Source: Candidatus Omnitrophota bacterium (GTDB lineage Bacteria; Omnitrophota; Gorgyraeia; Zapsychrales; JANLHA01). From it: 64,000 nucleotides of DNA. The DNA lies in NCBI GenBank assembly GCA_022711395.1, contig JAKLFA010000002.1, forward strand, positions 259,864 through 323,863, in the 5' to 3' direction. The position numbers and the translations under genes are program-made. How positions within the stretch are numbered: the stretch's first letter is position 1; every line of letters begins with the position of its first letter. This document shows, in pieces, positions 1-9,305 of this stretch. The notes under the pieces were generated by a model. It had not been told where the DNA came from, did not search any database, and saw only the letters and a list, made by a program, of their open reading frames with translations.

Positions 1-780
1 GTATCGGTAATCCGGATGAAATCTTGAAATATGCCAGGGCATCTCTGTATCAAGTTCGGCAATAAACCCGGCGATCGTGTGCAATTCTTCATCAGAATCG
101 TTTTCTCCGGGGATGATCAGAGTCGTGATCTCGGTCCATATGCCCATTTTTTTCATCCTGCGGATCGTCTCGAGGACCGGCTGAAGACTCGCCCTGCAGG
201 ATGTGCGATAGGTCAGCTCGTTAAAACTTTTCAAGTCAACATTGGCGGCATCCAAAAAGGGTCCGATAAGATCAAGAGCGGAAGCGCTCATATAGCCGTT
301 GGTGACAAAGATGTTCGAAAGTCCCGCCGCATGGGCCAATTTTGCGGTCTCAAAGGCATATTCAAAAAATACCGTCGGTTCAGTATACGTATAGGAAATA
401 CTGCCGCAGCCGCGGTCAAGGGCCAGTTCAACGACCAGCCTGGGAGCGAGTTCTTTTGTGATGGGCAGGGCCGTATAGGCGCCGGCGATCTGTGAGATCT
501 GCCAGTTCTGACAGAAGCCGCATTTAAAATTGCAGCCCATGGTCGCGATCGAAAAGGTTGAGGTGCCGGGCCGAAAGTGGTAGAGCGGTTTTTTTTCGAC
601 CGGGTCCACATGAGCGGCGACGCATTCCGCGAAGACCAGGCTGTAAAGCGTCCCGTCAATGTTCTGCCGCACGCCGCAGATCCCGTAGTTCGAAGGCTGT
701 ATCCTGCATTCATGGGCGCACACCTTACAATGGACCATCCCGCGATCAAGTTTTTCATACAGCATGGCTTCGATCTTCAT
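1..780 (-). CDS. Radical SAM enzyme of the AmmeMemoRadiSam system (PflA-like), 5' part only; the 3' end runs past the window start
   Basis: Reverse-strand translation from the ATG at 780 gives MKIEAMLYEKLDRGMVHCKVCAHECRIQPSNYGICGVRQNIDGTLYSLV...ATMGCNFKCGFCQNWQIS. It has the CxxxCxxC radical SAM motif and the typical N-terminal C-x2-C-x5-C of this PflA-like family. No stop is reached before position 1. The ORF track omits it because it is open-ended. Confidence 0.75.
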   Translation of the reverse strand, partial: MKIEAMLYEKLDRGMVHCKVCAHECRIQPSNYGICGVRQNIDGTLYSLVFAECVAAHVDPVEKKPLYHFRPGTSTFSIATMGCNFKCGFCQNWQISQIAGAYTALPITKELAPRLVVELALDRGCGSISYTYTEPTVFFEYAFETAKLAHAAGLSNIFVTNGYMSASALDLIGPFLDAANVDLKSFNELTYRTSCRASLQPVLETIRRMKKMGIWTEITTLIIPGENDSDEELHTIAGFIAELDTEMPWHISRFHPDYRY

Positions 781-809
781 GGGTCATCCTCGGACTAAAT
801 AAGAAGCGT

Positions 810-998
810 CTAGCCTTCCACGTTGATCGCGCTCACAGGGCAGTCCCCGGCCGCTTGTTTGCAAGTCTCTTCGGCGCCTGATGGCACAGGATTGCAGAAG
901 GCGACAGCCTTGTCGTCTTTCATTTTGAAGACTTCAGGGCATGTTTGGACGCAGAGCTCGCATCCGATGCATGTGTTTTGGTCAACAGAGGCGTTCAT
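810..998 (-). CDS. Small [4Fe-4S] ferredoxin
   Basis: 62 aa, CIGCELCVQTCP plus a distal CP motif. Typical of single-cluster ferredoxins. It lies directly upstream of the radical SAM gene on the same strand. Confidence 0.85.
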   Translation of the reverse strand: MNASVDQNTCIGCELCVQTCPEVFKMKDDKAVAFCNPVPSGAEETCKQAAGDCPVSAINVEG

Positions 999-1170
999 AC
1001 AAAATCCTTTCTTTAAGATTCTAATTATAATACATAAGGCCCTATTTTTTGTCGTTTTTTTAAAAGCAAAATTTCAAGCAGTGTTTTTCCATCAAAAACT
1101 GCTAGGCCATATTTTGGATAGGACGTATAATGAGTCGCCTGCCAACCGCATCAGGCATGAAACATAAATT

Positions 1171-2583
1171 ATGCAGAAACATATCATTTTAATTCGCCCG
1201 TCCTATTCCAAAGAGATCTATAAGGTCTATGGCAAACTTCCCCGCAACCGGGAAGTGCGTCCGCCCTTGGGATTATTGTATATCGCAGGGGCCTTGGAGC
1301 AGGCTGGGCATACGGTCCGGATCCTGGACGCGGAGCCGCCGCTGCTCACAACGGAGCAGGTCCTGGAGCATCTTCAAAGGATGAACACCGAACATCCGAT
1401 CGATCATGTGGGGATCACCGCAACGACCCCGGAATTCTTTGAACTCATGGCGATCGCCAGGGGGATCAAAGCGCGGCTTCCTCACATCAAGATCATTGCC
1501 GGGGGCGCGCATGTTTCCGCCCTGCCTGAGGAATCTTTAAAGCTCTGTCCGGAGATCGATTATCTTATTTGCAATGAGGGCGAAGAACTTATTGTGGACG
1601 CTGTTGAGCGATCTCCGAGTCATCGGGTCCTCCGCGGCCCGCTTCTCACGGACTTAGACCGGGTGAAGCCGGCCAGGCATCTTTTGGATTATGATCAGTA
1701 TAAATTTCCTGTTCCGGGACGGGGCATGCTGAAGATGGATGTGATCGAGAGCTCCCGCGGCTGCCCCGGCGGCTGCAGATTTTGCGCAAAGCGCAAGGTC
1801 CCCTACCGCTGCCGTGATCCGTTGAAGGTCGTTGATGAGATCGAGAGTTCTTATAAAAATTACGGGACCGAGTTTTTTCTTTTTTTCGATGACACCTTCA
1901 CGGTTAGCAAAAAGTTTGTGCTGTCTGTTTGTGATGAGATCATCAGCCGCGGTTTGAATAAAAAGATCACATTTTATGTCAACACCCGCGCCAACACGAT
2001 CGACCGGGAAATGCTTCTGTGGATGAAACAGGCCGGAATGACCGAGATCTCCATGGGCGTGGAGACCGGCCATGAACAGTTCCTGAAGGATTGTGAAAAA
2101 GGAACGACTCAGGAACAATACCGGACGGTTTACCGTTGGATGCGTGAACTGGGGCTTCAGACCCGGGGGTCTTTTATCGTGGGATTTCCGTGGGAGACGC
2201 GCGAGACGGTCCGGGAGACGATCGATTTCGCCCGCAGCCTTGATCTGATGCGGGCGTCTTGCAACATCATGACCCCTTATCCGGGGACGGAGATCTTCAA
2301 ACAGGCTCTGCGTAAAGACGGTATTGAATTCGTGACCGACCTTGACTGGGGTCGTTTTAAACGCTGGGCCGGCAGCTGTATCCGCACGCCGTCTCTTTCC
2401 GCCTCTGAGATCGAAGAATCACAACGGTTGTTTTTGACCCTGTTCTACACCCAGCCGAAGGTCCTTCTGTATCATTTTCTGCAGGTTCTGCGAGGGAATT
2501 TCGCGCTGTATTATTACCGGCCTGTGTTGTTCGCGATCAAGAACCGGATCGCGATGATTTTTCGCCGGGGACATCACGCCTAA
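1171..2583 (+). CDS. B12-binding (class B) radical SAM protein
   Basis: The N-terminal half resembles a cobalamin-binding domain. SRGCPGGCRFCAKR is a CxxxCxxC radical SAM cluster motif. About 470 aa, typical of B12-rSAM methyltransferase-like enzymes. Confidence 0.85.
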   Translation: MQKHIILIRPSYSKEIYKVYGKLPRNREVRPPLGLLYIAGALEQAGHTVRILDAEPPLLTTEQVLEHLQRMNTEHPIDHVGITATTPEFFELMAIARGIKARLPHIKIIAGGAHVSALPEESLKLCPEIDYLICNEGEELIVDAVERSPSHRVLRGPLLTDLDRVKPARHLLDYDQYKFPVPGRGMLKMDVIESSRGCPGGCRFCAKRKVPYRCRDPLKVVDEIESSYKNYGTEFFLFFDDTFTVSKKFVLSVCDEIISRGLNKKITFYVNTRANTIDREMLLWMKQAGMTEISMGVETGHEQFLKDCEKGTTQEQYRTVYRWMRELGLQTRGSFIVGFPWETRETVRETIDFARSLDLMRASCNIMTPYPGTEIFKQALRKDGIEFVTDLDWGRFKRWAGSCIRTPSLSASEIEESQRLFLTLFYTQPKVLLYHFLQVLRGNFALYYYRPVLFAIKNRIAMIFRRGHHA

Positions 2584-3493
2584 CGGGACCGGAATTCAGC
2601 GGATGTCTCTTAAGGGCCACAGCGTAGCCGCGGCGCATACTGAGCTCAGTAATGAAGTCAAACCATAAGAAGGCGATTTCTTTTAAGCGGTCCCCTTCAA
2701 ATCTCGGTGAGCAAAGCACTTTGAACGCCCACCACAAGAATTTCACAAAATAAATGGACGCGTAATGGAGCGGGTTCGCGCATGTCAGCGCAACGGACTG
2801 CTGAAAGACGCGTAATTCTTCAAGATGCCTTCTGCCGATCCCGTAACGGGTGTATTGACGGATCATGGCGCTGACGGAAGTCCGGTGATGATGCTGAACG
2901 ACATTATCAAGCTGGGTGATGATGCGGTAATGACCCTGTGTTCTGATCCGCTCTCCGAGTTCAAAATCCCCTCCGGATATCAGGTCGTCCCGAAAAGGCC
3001 CGACCGTTTTAAAAAGCTCGCTTCGATAAGCGGCATTGGCCGTGATCGGAAGCCATCCGAAAGGAAAAACGGACATTCCCTCCAGGCTTAAGACCTCACG
3101 TTTGATTTGATATTCCTCGGTCAATGTTTTTGCGGGCGCGGGGACGATCTTGCCGGCGACGGCCCCGGCTTGCGGATCCTGAAAGGCCTCATCAAAACGC
3201 TTGAGCCAGTCCGCTGGAACGACACAGTCGGCATCGGTAAAAACAAGGACCTCGCCCCTCGCCGCTCCGATCCCGGTGCTGCGGGCCAGGTAAGAGCTTT
3301 TGGACCGATGTTCCTGCAGGAGGCATATATTTTTAAATTGCCGGATGATCGAAAGGCTCCGGTCAGTTGAGCCGTTATCAACGCAAATGATCTCATATTG
3401 ATCGGACGGGTAATCCAGTTTTATAACAGACTCCAGGCAGGATTGCAGGGTCTTTTCAGCGTTCAAGATCGGGATGATGACGGAAAATTTCAT
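2537..3493 (-). CDS. Glycosyltransferase family 2
   Basis: N-terminus KFSVIIPILNAEKTLQSCLESV...DYEIICVDNGSTDRS is the canonical GT2 (GT-A fold, DxD) start. Confidence 0.85.
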   Translation of the reverse strand: MKFSVIIPILNAEKTLQSCLESVIKLDYPSDQYEIICVDNGSTDRSLSIIRQFKNICLLQEHRSKSSYLARSTGIGAARGEVLVFTDADCVVPADWLKRFDEAFQDPQAGAVAGKIVPAPAKTLTEEYQIKREVLSLEGMSVFPFGWLPITANAAYRSELFKTVGPFRDDLISGGDFELGERIRTQGHYRIITQLDNVVQHHHRTSVSAMIRQYTRYGIGRRHLEELRVFQQSVALTCANPLHYASIYFVKFLWWAFKVLCSPRFEGDRLKEIAFLWFDFITELSMRRGYAVALKRHPLNSGPVRRDVPGEKSSRSGS

Positions 3494-4422
3494 ATTCCAC
3501 AGAACTTTCGAAACTTTTTAAGCAGGGATTTTGTTTGAGCCTTGATCAATAGGCTGCGGAAATATTTTCCGCCTGACCGCAATTCGTATTCGATTTTATC
3601 GGAGCTTTTGAGTATGTATCGCTGAAAAAATTCTCTGTCGTTGCTACGGTAATGTTCCCAGACCATTTTAAAAAGCTCCTCTTCGTTCGCGCGGGAATCC
3701 GCTTGCAGGCAGTCCTTCCCTTTCCTCAGGCGCTGTTCTGTCAGGACCAGGGCCAGAAGAAGATATTGGGTCTGGCGGTGCAGATTTCTGGTCGTGAGCC
3801 TGTCCGGGCTTCGGCGCTGACGGTAAAGGAATTGATCAGCGACCGTGACCCGGCAATGTTCGGACATCCTCAGCCACAGGTCAAGGTCCTGCCCAAAAAT
3901 AAATTGAGGCCGGTAGCCGCCGGCTTTTTCATAGAGATCCTTTCGAAACATCGTGGCCCCATGAGAGAAGCTTTCTCCCATGAGGAAGCGCCTTCGCAGG
4001 GAGCCATGGTCCTGGGGGAGTTCCCATTTCCAGTAGGTCTTTCCATGGCTGGTCATGAATTCCACAAAACTTCCGGCCACCCCGATCTGAGGATCTTTCG
4101 CAAGGATGCCGTGCAGGACTTCAATTCGCATGGGATGTGAAAGATCGTCGGCATCGATCCGGACGATATACGGGCTTCGGCTGTGCGCGATCCCCTCGAT
4201 CAGTGAACGCGTCAGGCCTTCATTGTGCGAATGATGAAAAACGCGCATCCGTTCATCAGAAAAAGACGCGATCACACGGCCCGTGCGGTCCGTTGAAGCG
4301 TCATTCATGATAATGAACTCAAAATCGCGAAAGGTCTGGCCCAGGACCGACCGGATAGCCTGCCCGACGTATTTTTGGCAGTTATGGACGGACATGACGA
4401 CCGAAACGCAAGGGTCATTCAT
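3490..4422 (-). CDS. Glycosyltransferase family 2
   Basis: VSVVMSVHNCQKYVGQAIRSVLGQTF...FIIMNDASTDRT. 4 nt overlap with the downstream GT2. Confidence 0.85.
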   Translation of the reverse strand: MNDPCVSVVMSVHNCQKYVGQAIRSVLGQTFRDFEFIIMNDASTDRTGRVIASFSDERMRVFHHSHNEGLTRSLIEGIAHSRSPYIVRIDADDLSHPMRIEVLHGILAKDPQIGVAGSFVEFMTSHGKTYWKWELPQDHGSLRRRFLMGESFSHGATMFRKDLYEKAGGYRPQFIFGQDLDLWLRMSEHCRVTVADQFLYRQRRSPDRLTTRNLHRQTQYLLLALVLTEQRLRKGKDCLQADSRANEEELFKMVWEHYRSNDREFFQRYILKSSDKIEYELRSGGKYFRSLLIKAQTKSLLKKFRKFCGI

Positions 4423-5587
4423 GGGCCGCCCCCTTTTCCTTTAGAAGCTCCGGCGCATAACGCGAGATGATCGAGCCAGCACGCTTTAACCAGCTGTGTT
4501 CCTTAGCCATTTCGTAAGCGTTTTCCGTGACGGTCTTGTTCATCTCCGGCAGATCGATCGCCCGCTCAATGGCGGTTTTGAATGAGTTGAGGTCATCGGC
4601 CTTAAAAAGGAAAGCGGTCTTGTCCGGTTTTAGGAATTCACGGAATTGCTCGATGTCAGAGGCGATGATGGGACGTTTAGCCGCGCAATATTCAAAGATC
4701 TTGAGCGGCGTCCGGTTCGAGATCGGAGTTGATGAAAGGTTCGGCAAAAGAAAAAGGTCCGCCGCGGCCAGGTATTGGGCGATCTCGGCATGCGGAATAA
4801 ATCCCAGCACATGGACATTAGGCAATTCCTCAGCGGCGTATTTCCGATATTTGCGGACATCTTCATCGGCGCCCCCCATGAGAATAAATTGCACATCCGG
4901 AAGAAGCTGCGCGCATTCCATGATCAGATCGGCCCCTTTGAACGGGAACAGATGCCCGCTGTAAAGAGCAATGGTGTTAGGGACCGGAAGGCCCAGGCGC
5001 CGCCGCAGGATGGTCTTCTCCTCCTTCACATCGAAGAATTCCAAGTTCACGCCATTGGTCTCAACGAGCAGTTTTTCGGGTTGAACGCCCTCGTTGAAGT
5101 ATTGATCGCGGACCGTTTTGGAATTCAGAACGAAACCTAAGAATTTCGGGTGGTCCTTGAGCAGGGCCTGATCGCCAAAGCCTTCTTCAATGCCCGCGTG
5201 GCATTCCAGGATCGTGCGCATTCCAAGTCCGCAGGTCATCCGGGCGATCGCGGAGTGGCGGGTATAAACCACGGCTTGCCGATGAAGCCTGGCGTAGAGG
5301 ACCGAGAGTTTCATAAAAGCCGGGTAGCGGGTCTTCCAGCCGCCCTCTTCGCTCCAGCGTGCCGTTAACGGAAGCCTTACGATGGGGAACGGATGCCGGA
5401 TGCCGTAATAATCAAAAATATACTGGCTGGAATGCGTGATATCCTGGATACGGCCCCTGGTGAGCAGGCAAAAATTCTTTACGGTCTGTCCAAAAGCTTC
5501 AGCGGTCAGCATCATTTGGATCGAATGGGTCCATTTGCAGGGAATGTTGCCCTGGGAGATATAGATAAGTTTGTTGGAATTTGGCAT
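4415..5587 (-). CDS. Glycosyltransferase family 4 (GT-B, group 1)
   Basis: About 390 aa. The C-terminal half has the EX7E-like region typical of GT4 (..FLLPNLSSTPISNRTPLKIFEYCAAKRPIIASD..). Confidence 0.8.
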   Translation of the reverse strand: MPNSNKLIYISQGNIPCKWTHSIQMMLTAEAFGQTVKNFCLLTRGRIQDITHSSQYIFDYYGIRHPFPIVRLPLTARWSEEGGWKTRYPAFMKLSVLYARLHRQAVVYTRHSAIARMTCGLGMRTILECHAGIEEGFGDQALLKDHPKFLGFVLNSKTVRDQYFNEGVQPEKLLVETNGVNLEFFDVKEEKTILRRRLGLPVPNTIALYSGHLFPFKGADLIMECAQLLPDVQFILMGGADEDVRKYRKYAAEELPNVHVLGFIPHAEIAQYLAAADLFLLPNLSSTPISNRTPLKIFEYCAAKRPIIASDIEQFREFLKPDKTAFLFKADDLNSFKTAIERAIDLPEMNKTVTENAYEMAKEHSWLKRAGSIISRYAPELLKEKGAAHE

Positions 5588-5590
5588 AGT

Positions 5591-6241
5591 TTATTTTTTT
5601 AAAATTAAATAATATCCGGATGGCATACAGACGCCATCGGTATATGTTTTTAGATTATCCCCATACTCCAGATGAATGATATTTTCAAACTTCAGGAATA
5701 TAAAGATCAGGGACCGTAAAAAGAACGTCCAAAACCGCTGAGCAGAGCGGAACTCACATTGCAGCAAGACCCGTTGCAACAGGATCGCAATGGTCGAAAA
5801 TGCGTTTGATTCCTCCTGAATCGTGCAGGAGGAAAAGCGTTTTGTCAATAAGCGCAGCCCATATTTTGTGAAGCGGAAATAATCGTCGGGGGCATCATGG
5901 ATCGGGAAGGTGAAGCGCGTTGTGAGGATGAGGGTCCCTCCCGGCTGAAGAACACGGAAGATCTCATCAATGACCTTTTGTGGATCCTGGCAGTGTTCCA
6001 GGACTTCTGTGCAAAGGATCGTCGAAAATGAACAGGTCTTGAACGGAAGGGCTTGAGCGTCCGCTAAGACGGATATGCCCGGATATTTTTTAAGATTGAG
6101 GCGTATGCTGTTAGGGAAAAAGTTTCCATAATCTTCTGTTTTGGCGCCGATCTCGAGGACCAGATCGTTGGTTGAGTAGTCCTTGATAAACTCATTGATG
6201 CGTAGGCGGGAGATCTTGCTCGTTTTTATTTTATCGTTCAT
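5591..6241 (-). CDS. Class I SAM-dependent methyltransferase
   Basis: LEIGAKTEDYG (motif I-like) ... VLEHCQDPQKVIDEIFRVLQPGGTLIL (motif post-II/III). It sits between the GT and asnB genes in the glycan cluster. Confidence 0.75.
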   Translation of the reverse strand: MNDKIKTSKISRLRINEFIKDYSTNDLVLEIGAKTEDYGNFFPNSIRLNLKKYPGISVLADAQALPFKTCSFSTILCTEVLEHCQDPQKVIDEIFRVLQPGGTLILTTRFTFPIHDAPDDYFRFTKYGLRLLTKRFSSCTIQEESNAFSTIAILLQRVLLQCEFRSAQRFWTFFLRSLIFIFLKFENIIHLEYGDNLKTYTDGVCMPSGYYLILKK

Positions 6242-8043
6242 AGGTCACCCCAGTGACGAAGCCAATTTTCAAAGACGAAAAGGACCCATCGTTTTTGATC
6301 CTGCGCATCATGGGGATGCGCCAGGATCTTCTGGAGCGCGACAGGATCCAGGATCCCAAGGCGGACCGCCTCACCGTTTAAGATTTGATCGGCCGCATTT
6401 TTTAGATACGACCAGTGCGACATGGGAGCACCGAAACCCCGCTTGGGGCGGTTGATGAATTCTGGCTTAAATTGTCTCGAAAGAAACTGGCGGATCAGGG
6501 GCTTGCCGGTCGCGTCATGCGGAAAATCATTCGTTTTCAAAGAAAAAACAGCCTCGACCAGCCGGTGGTCTAAGAACGGCACGCGGACCTCCAGCGAGTT
6601 GGCCATACTGGCCAGGTCTGTCTTGACCAGCATGTCATTGGGTAAAAATGTGTGGAGGTCCACATATTGAAGGTTGCGGGCGTGTTGAAAGCGGTTCTGT
6701 GAGAACTTTGTAAGGATCCGGCTCCGGCCTTTGAGATAGTCTTTATGGATCGGCGGAGCGAGGAATTTCACGATCTCTTCGTTCGAGAAACCGTTTTTAA
6801 GAAGTGACGAATAGCTGTGTTCAAAATCGTGGAATGGATTGATCAGTCCAAGGCGACGGTAGAAAAAATTCAGCCGCGCCGCAAGGCTTTGAGATTTTGC
6901 CAGCCACTGATCATACCACCGATAGCCGCAAAAAACCTCATCCCCTCCCTCTCCGGAAAGGGCGACCTTCACATAACGCCGCGCCAGGCGGCTCAATCGG
7001 TATGTCGGGACGCAGGAATTGTCCGCAAGCGGTTGATCAAAGACCTGGTTCATACGCAGGATATCGTCGTGATCAAGGTCCGTGATGGTTTCTGAAAAAT
7101 TTTGGGTTTGAAGCGTGCGGGAAGTCTGGAGAGCGTGTTTGAGCTCGCTGAATTCTTCCGGTTGAAAATCAATGCAAAAGGTCTTGATCCCGGGCTGCCG
7201 GGCGGCGGCCAGCGAGCTGATGGCGGTTGAGTCCATCCCTCCGCTTAAGAAAATTCCGACTTCCACGTCCGAGGCTGACAGGCGGTCCGTTACCGATGAG
7301 TCTAAAAGTTGGTAGATTTCATCCAGGTTTGAGGGGGGCCGTCCGGTCAGGCGTTCTTGAAGGGAATAATAACGGGTGATCCTGAGCTTTTTATTTTTCA
7401 GGTCCATCGTCAGGCAATGCCCCGGTTCGAGCGCGCGGATGTCGGACCAGATCGTCCTGGGTGCCGGGATGTAGCGGTAGTGGAAATATTCCCCGATCGA
7501 AACATGGTCCAGGGAGCGTTTGAAAAACGGGAAACGCACAAGGCCTTTGATCTCTGAAGAGAATGCAAAGACGGCCGGTTCCTTGTAAAGGTAATAGAAT
7601 GGTTTGATCCCGAACCGGTCCCGCGCGGCGAAGACGCGCTCGTTGCGCTGGTCATAGATGGCAAAGGCGAACATCCCGATGAATCGATCAAGGCATTGTG
7701 GGCCAAATTCCTCGTAGGCGTGCAGGATCACTTCGGTGTCGGTCTGGGATCGAAAGCGGTGGCCGGATGCGATCAATTGCGTGCGCAAAGAACGATAGTT
7801 GTAGAGTTCTCCGTTATAGGTGATCCAAAGGCGTCCATCCTCATTGCACATTGGCTGCCGGCCGTTCTCGGAAAGGTCGATGATCGAAAGGCGCCGGTGA
7901 GCGAACGCGACGTGCCTGGTTTCAGAAAAGAACGATCCCGCGCCATCCGGACCGCGGTGCTGTATAGCGATGCTCATCCTTTCAAGATCATCATCTGATG
8001 CAGGTTTGCCGTCCAGTTGACAGATTCCAACAATGCCACACAT
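6238..8043 (-). CDS. asnB: Asparagine synthase (glutamine-hydrolysing) family amidotransferase
   Basis: The track ORF starts at 8070. I placed the start at MCGIVGI (codon 10 of the track ORF) because the Ntn-type glutaminase domain needs Cys right after Met. The C-terminal synthetase domain has the SGGMDS PP-loop. Confidence 0.9.
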   Translation of the reverse strand: MCGIVGICQLDGKPASDDDLERMSIAIQHRGPDGAGSFFSETRHVAFAHRRLSIIDLSENGRQPMCNEDGRLWITYNGELYNYRSLRTQLIASGHRFRSQTDTEVILHAYEEFGPQCLDRFIGMFAFAIYDQRNERVFAARDRFGIKPFYYLYKEPAVFAFSSEIKGLVRFPFFKRSLDHVSIGEYFHYRYIPAPRTIWSDIRALEPGHCLTMDLKNKKLRITRYYSLQERLTGRPPSNLDEIYQLLDSSVTDRLSASDVEVGIFLSGGMDSTAISSLAAARQPGIKTFCIDFQPEEFSELKHALQTSRTLQTQNFSETITDLDHDDILRMNQVFDQPLADNSCVPTYRLSRLARRYVKVALSGEGGDEVFCGYRWYDQWLAKSQSLAARLNFFYRRLGLINPFHDFEHSYSSLLKNGFSNEEIVKFLAPPIHKDYLKGRSRILTKFSQNRFQHARNLQYVDLHTFLPNDMLVKTDLASMANSLEVRVPFLDHRLVEAVFSLKTNDFPHDATGKPLIRQFLSRQFKPEFINRPKRGFGAPMSHWSYLKNAADQILNGEAVRLGILDPVALQKILAHPHDAQDQKRWVLFVFENWLRHWGDL

Positions 8044-8056
8044 ATCAACTTCCTTA

Positions 8057-9304
8057 TTATTTTTTTGCAAGCCGCCACTCGCTGGGGCAGGCTACGATAC
8101 CGCGCAAGGGAACCGTTCCAGCCACCTTGAATTGGGCATATTTCAGGCGGTAGTTCACCATGTTCTCCCCGGTAGAACTTTCATAAATTCCAAGGACGAC
8201 CTTGTAAATACCGGGCACAAGGGCGGGAGATTTAAACGTGACCGTAAGTTCATAATGGCCGGGCCCAACCGTGCCGAATTGGAGGTTCCGCTGGAGATTG
8301 GTATGCCATATGATATTATCTGTTGTCTGTGTCCCGATCGAAGCGCTGAAACGGGGTTCATTGACCGCGCGTTTAAAAAGGATTTCATACACGACCGTGA
8401 TGTCCTCCCTTTCTGTGATCTCATGGGCCGGCTCCCCTTTCTCATTGATGACGCGGATGTCAAGCACATCGACATCGTTTGAAAAGGTCTGTGTCAGATC
8501 GCAGCGCCCGCTTAAGCTTGCCGGATGATGGCATTCCCGCATCTGTGCCATTAAGAGCGAGTAATGCTGAAGGGCCGCGGAAGTCTCCCCGCAGAATTCC
8601 AAACGCCCCTCGTTTAACAGATAGGTTTTCTGACAAAGCATTTGGATGAGGTCAAGATTGTGTGAAACAAAAACGACCGTTGTCCCCTGGCTGTTCAGCT
8701 GGGATATCCTTTTTATGCATTGATTGCGGAAAACCTGGTCTCCGACAGAAAGGACCTCATCCACGAGCAGGATGTCCGGTTCACAATGCATGGCGATCGC
8801 AAGACCGAGGCGGATCGACATGCCCGTGGAGTAATATTTGACCGGCATGTCCAGAAAACGATTCAGGCCAGAGAAATCAACGATCTGATCGAAACGTTTT
8901 TCCATTTCGCCTTTTGAAAGGCCAAGGATGGCGCCATTGAGATAGATGTTTTCCCTGCCCGTCAGGATCGGATGGAAACCCGCTCCCGCGGAGATCAGAG
9001 CGCTGATTGCTCCCTCGGTCCGGACCTCTCCCGTATCAGGCCAGAAGATCCCGTCCAGCAGTTTAAGGAGGGTCGTCTTTCCGGAGCCGTTGGGACCGAT
9101 CACACCGGCCATTTCCCCTTTTTTGATCTGGAGTGAAATGTCCTGCAGCGACCAGAATTCATCCCTTCGTAAGGATTCGCAAAGGGACGGGCGTCCCATC
9201 ATATTCCGGGTAATATCCTGGAGGCTGTAGAGCATGGAACGGCGCAAGCTCGTGCAGTATTTTTTTGAAACATGATCAAGCTGGATGGCAAAATCATCAG
9301 GCAT
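8057..9304 (-). CDS. wzt: ABC transporter ATP-binding protein, Wzt/TagH/KpsT type, with an extra C-terminal domain of about 150 aa
   Basis: Walker A GVIGPNGSGKTTLLKLL, an ABC signature and Walker B are present. After the NBD comes an extension of about 150 aa with beta-rich character. This is the position where Wzt proteins carry the glycan-terminus-binding domain. Confidence 0.85.
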   Translation of the reverse strand: MPDDFAIQLDHVSKKYCTSLRRSMLYSLQDITRNMMGRPSLCESLRRDEFWSLQDISLQIKKGEMAGVIGPNGSGKTTLLKLLDGIFWPDTGEVRTEGAISALISAGAGFHPILTGRENIYLNGAILGLSKGEMEKRFDQIVDFSGLNRFLDMPVKYYSTGMSIRLGLAIAMHCEPDILLVDEVLSVGDQVFRNQCIKRISQLNSQGTTVVFVSHNLDLIQMLCQKTYLLNEGRLEFCGETSAALQHYSLLMAQMRECHHPASLSGRCDLTQTFSNDVDVLDIRVINEKGEPAHEITEREDITVVYEILFKRAVNEPRFSASIGTQTTDNIIWHTNLQRNLQFGTVGPGHYELTVTFKSPALVPGIYKVVLGIYESSTGENMVNYRLKYAQFKVAGTVPLRGIVACPSEWRLAKK

Positions 9305-9305
9305 A

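Noticed and set aside
31-798. Track ORFs 31..495(+), 288..758(-), 558..881(+) and 577..798(+) in the first 800 nt
   Set aside because: All are out of frame with, or antisense to, the open-ended minus-strand radical SAM gene (ATG at 780), whose translation gives a clean CxxxCxxC family match. Their products are Arg/Pro/Ser-rich, typical of spurious frames.
823-1167. 114 aa plus-strand ORF overlapping the ferredoxin gene
   Set aside because: Antisense to a clear 4Fe-4S ferredoxin. No recognisable motifs and odd composition.
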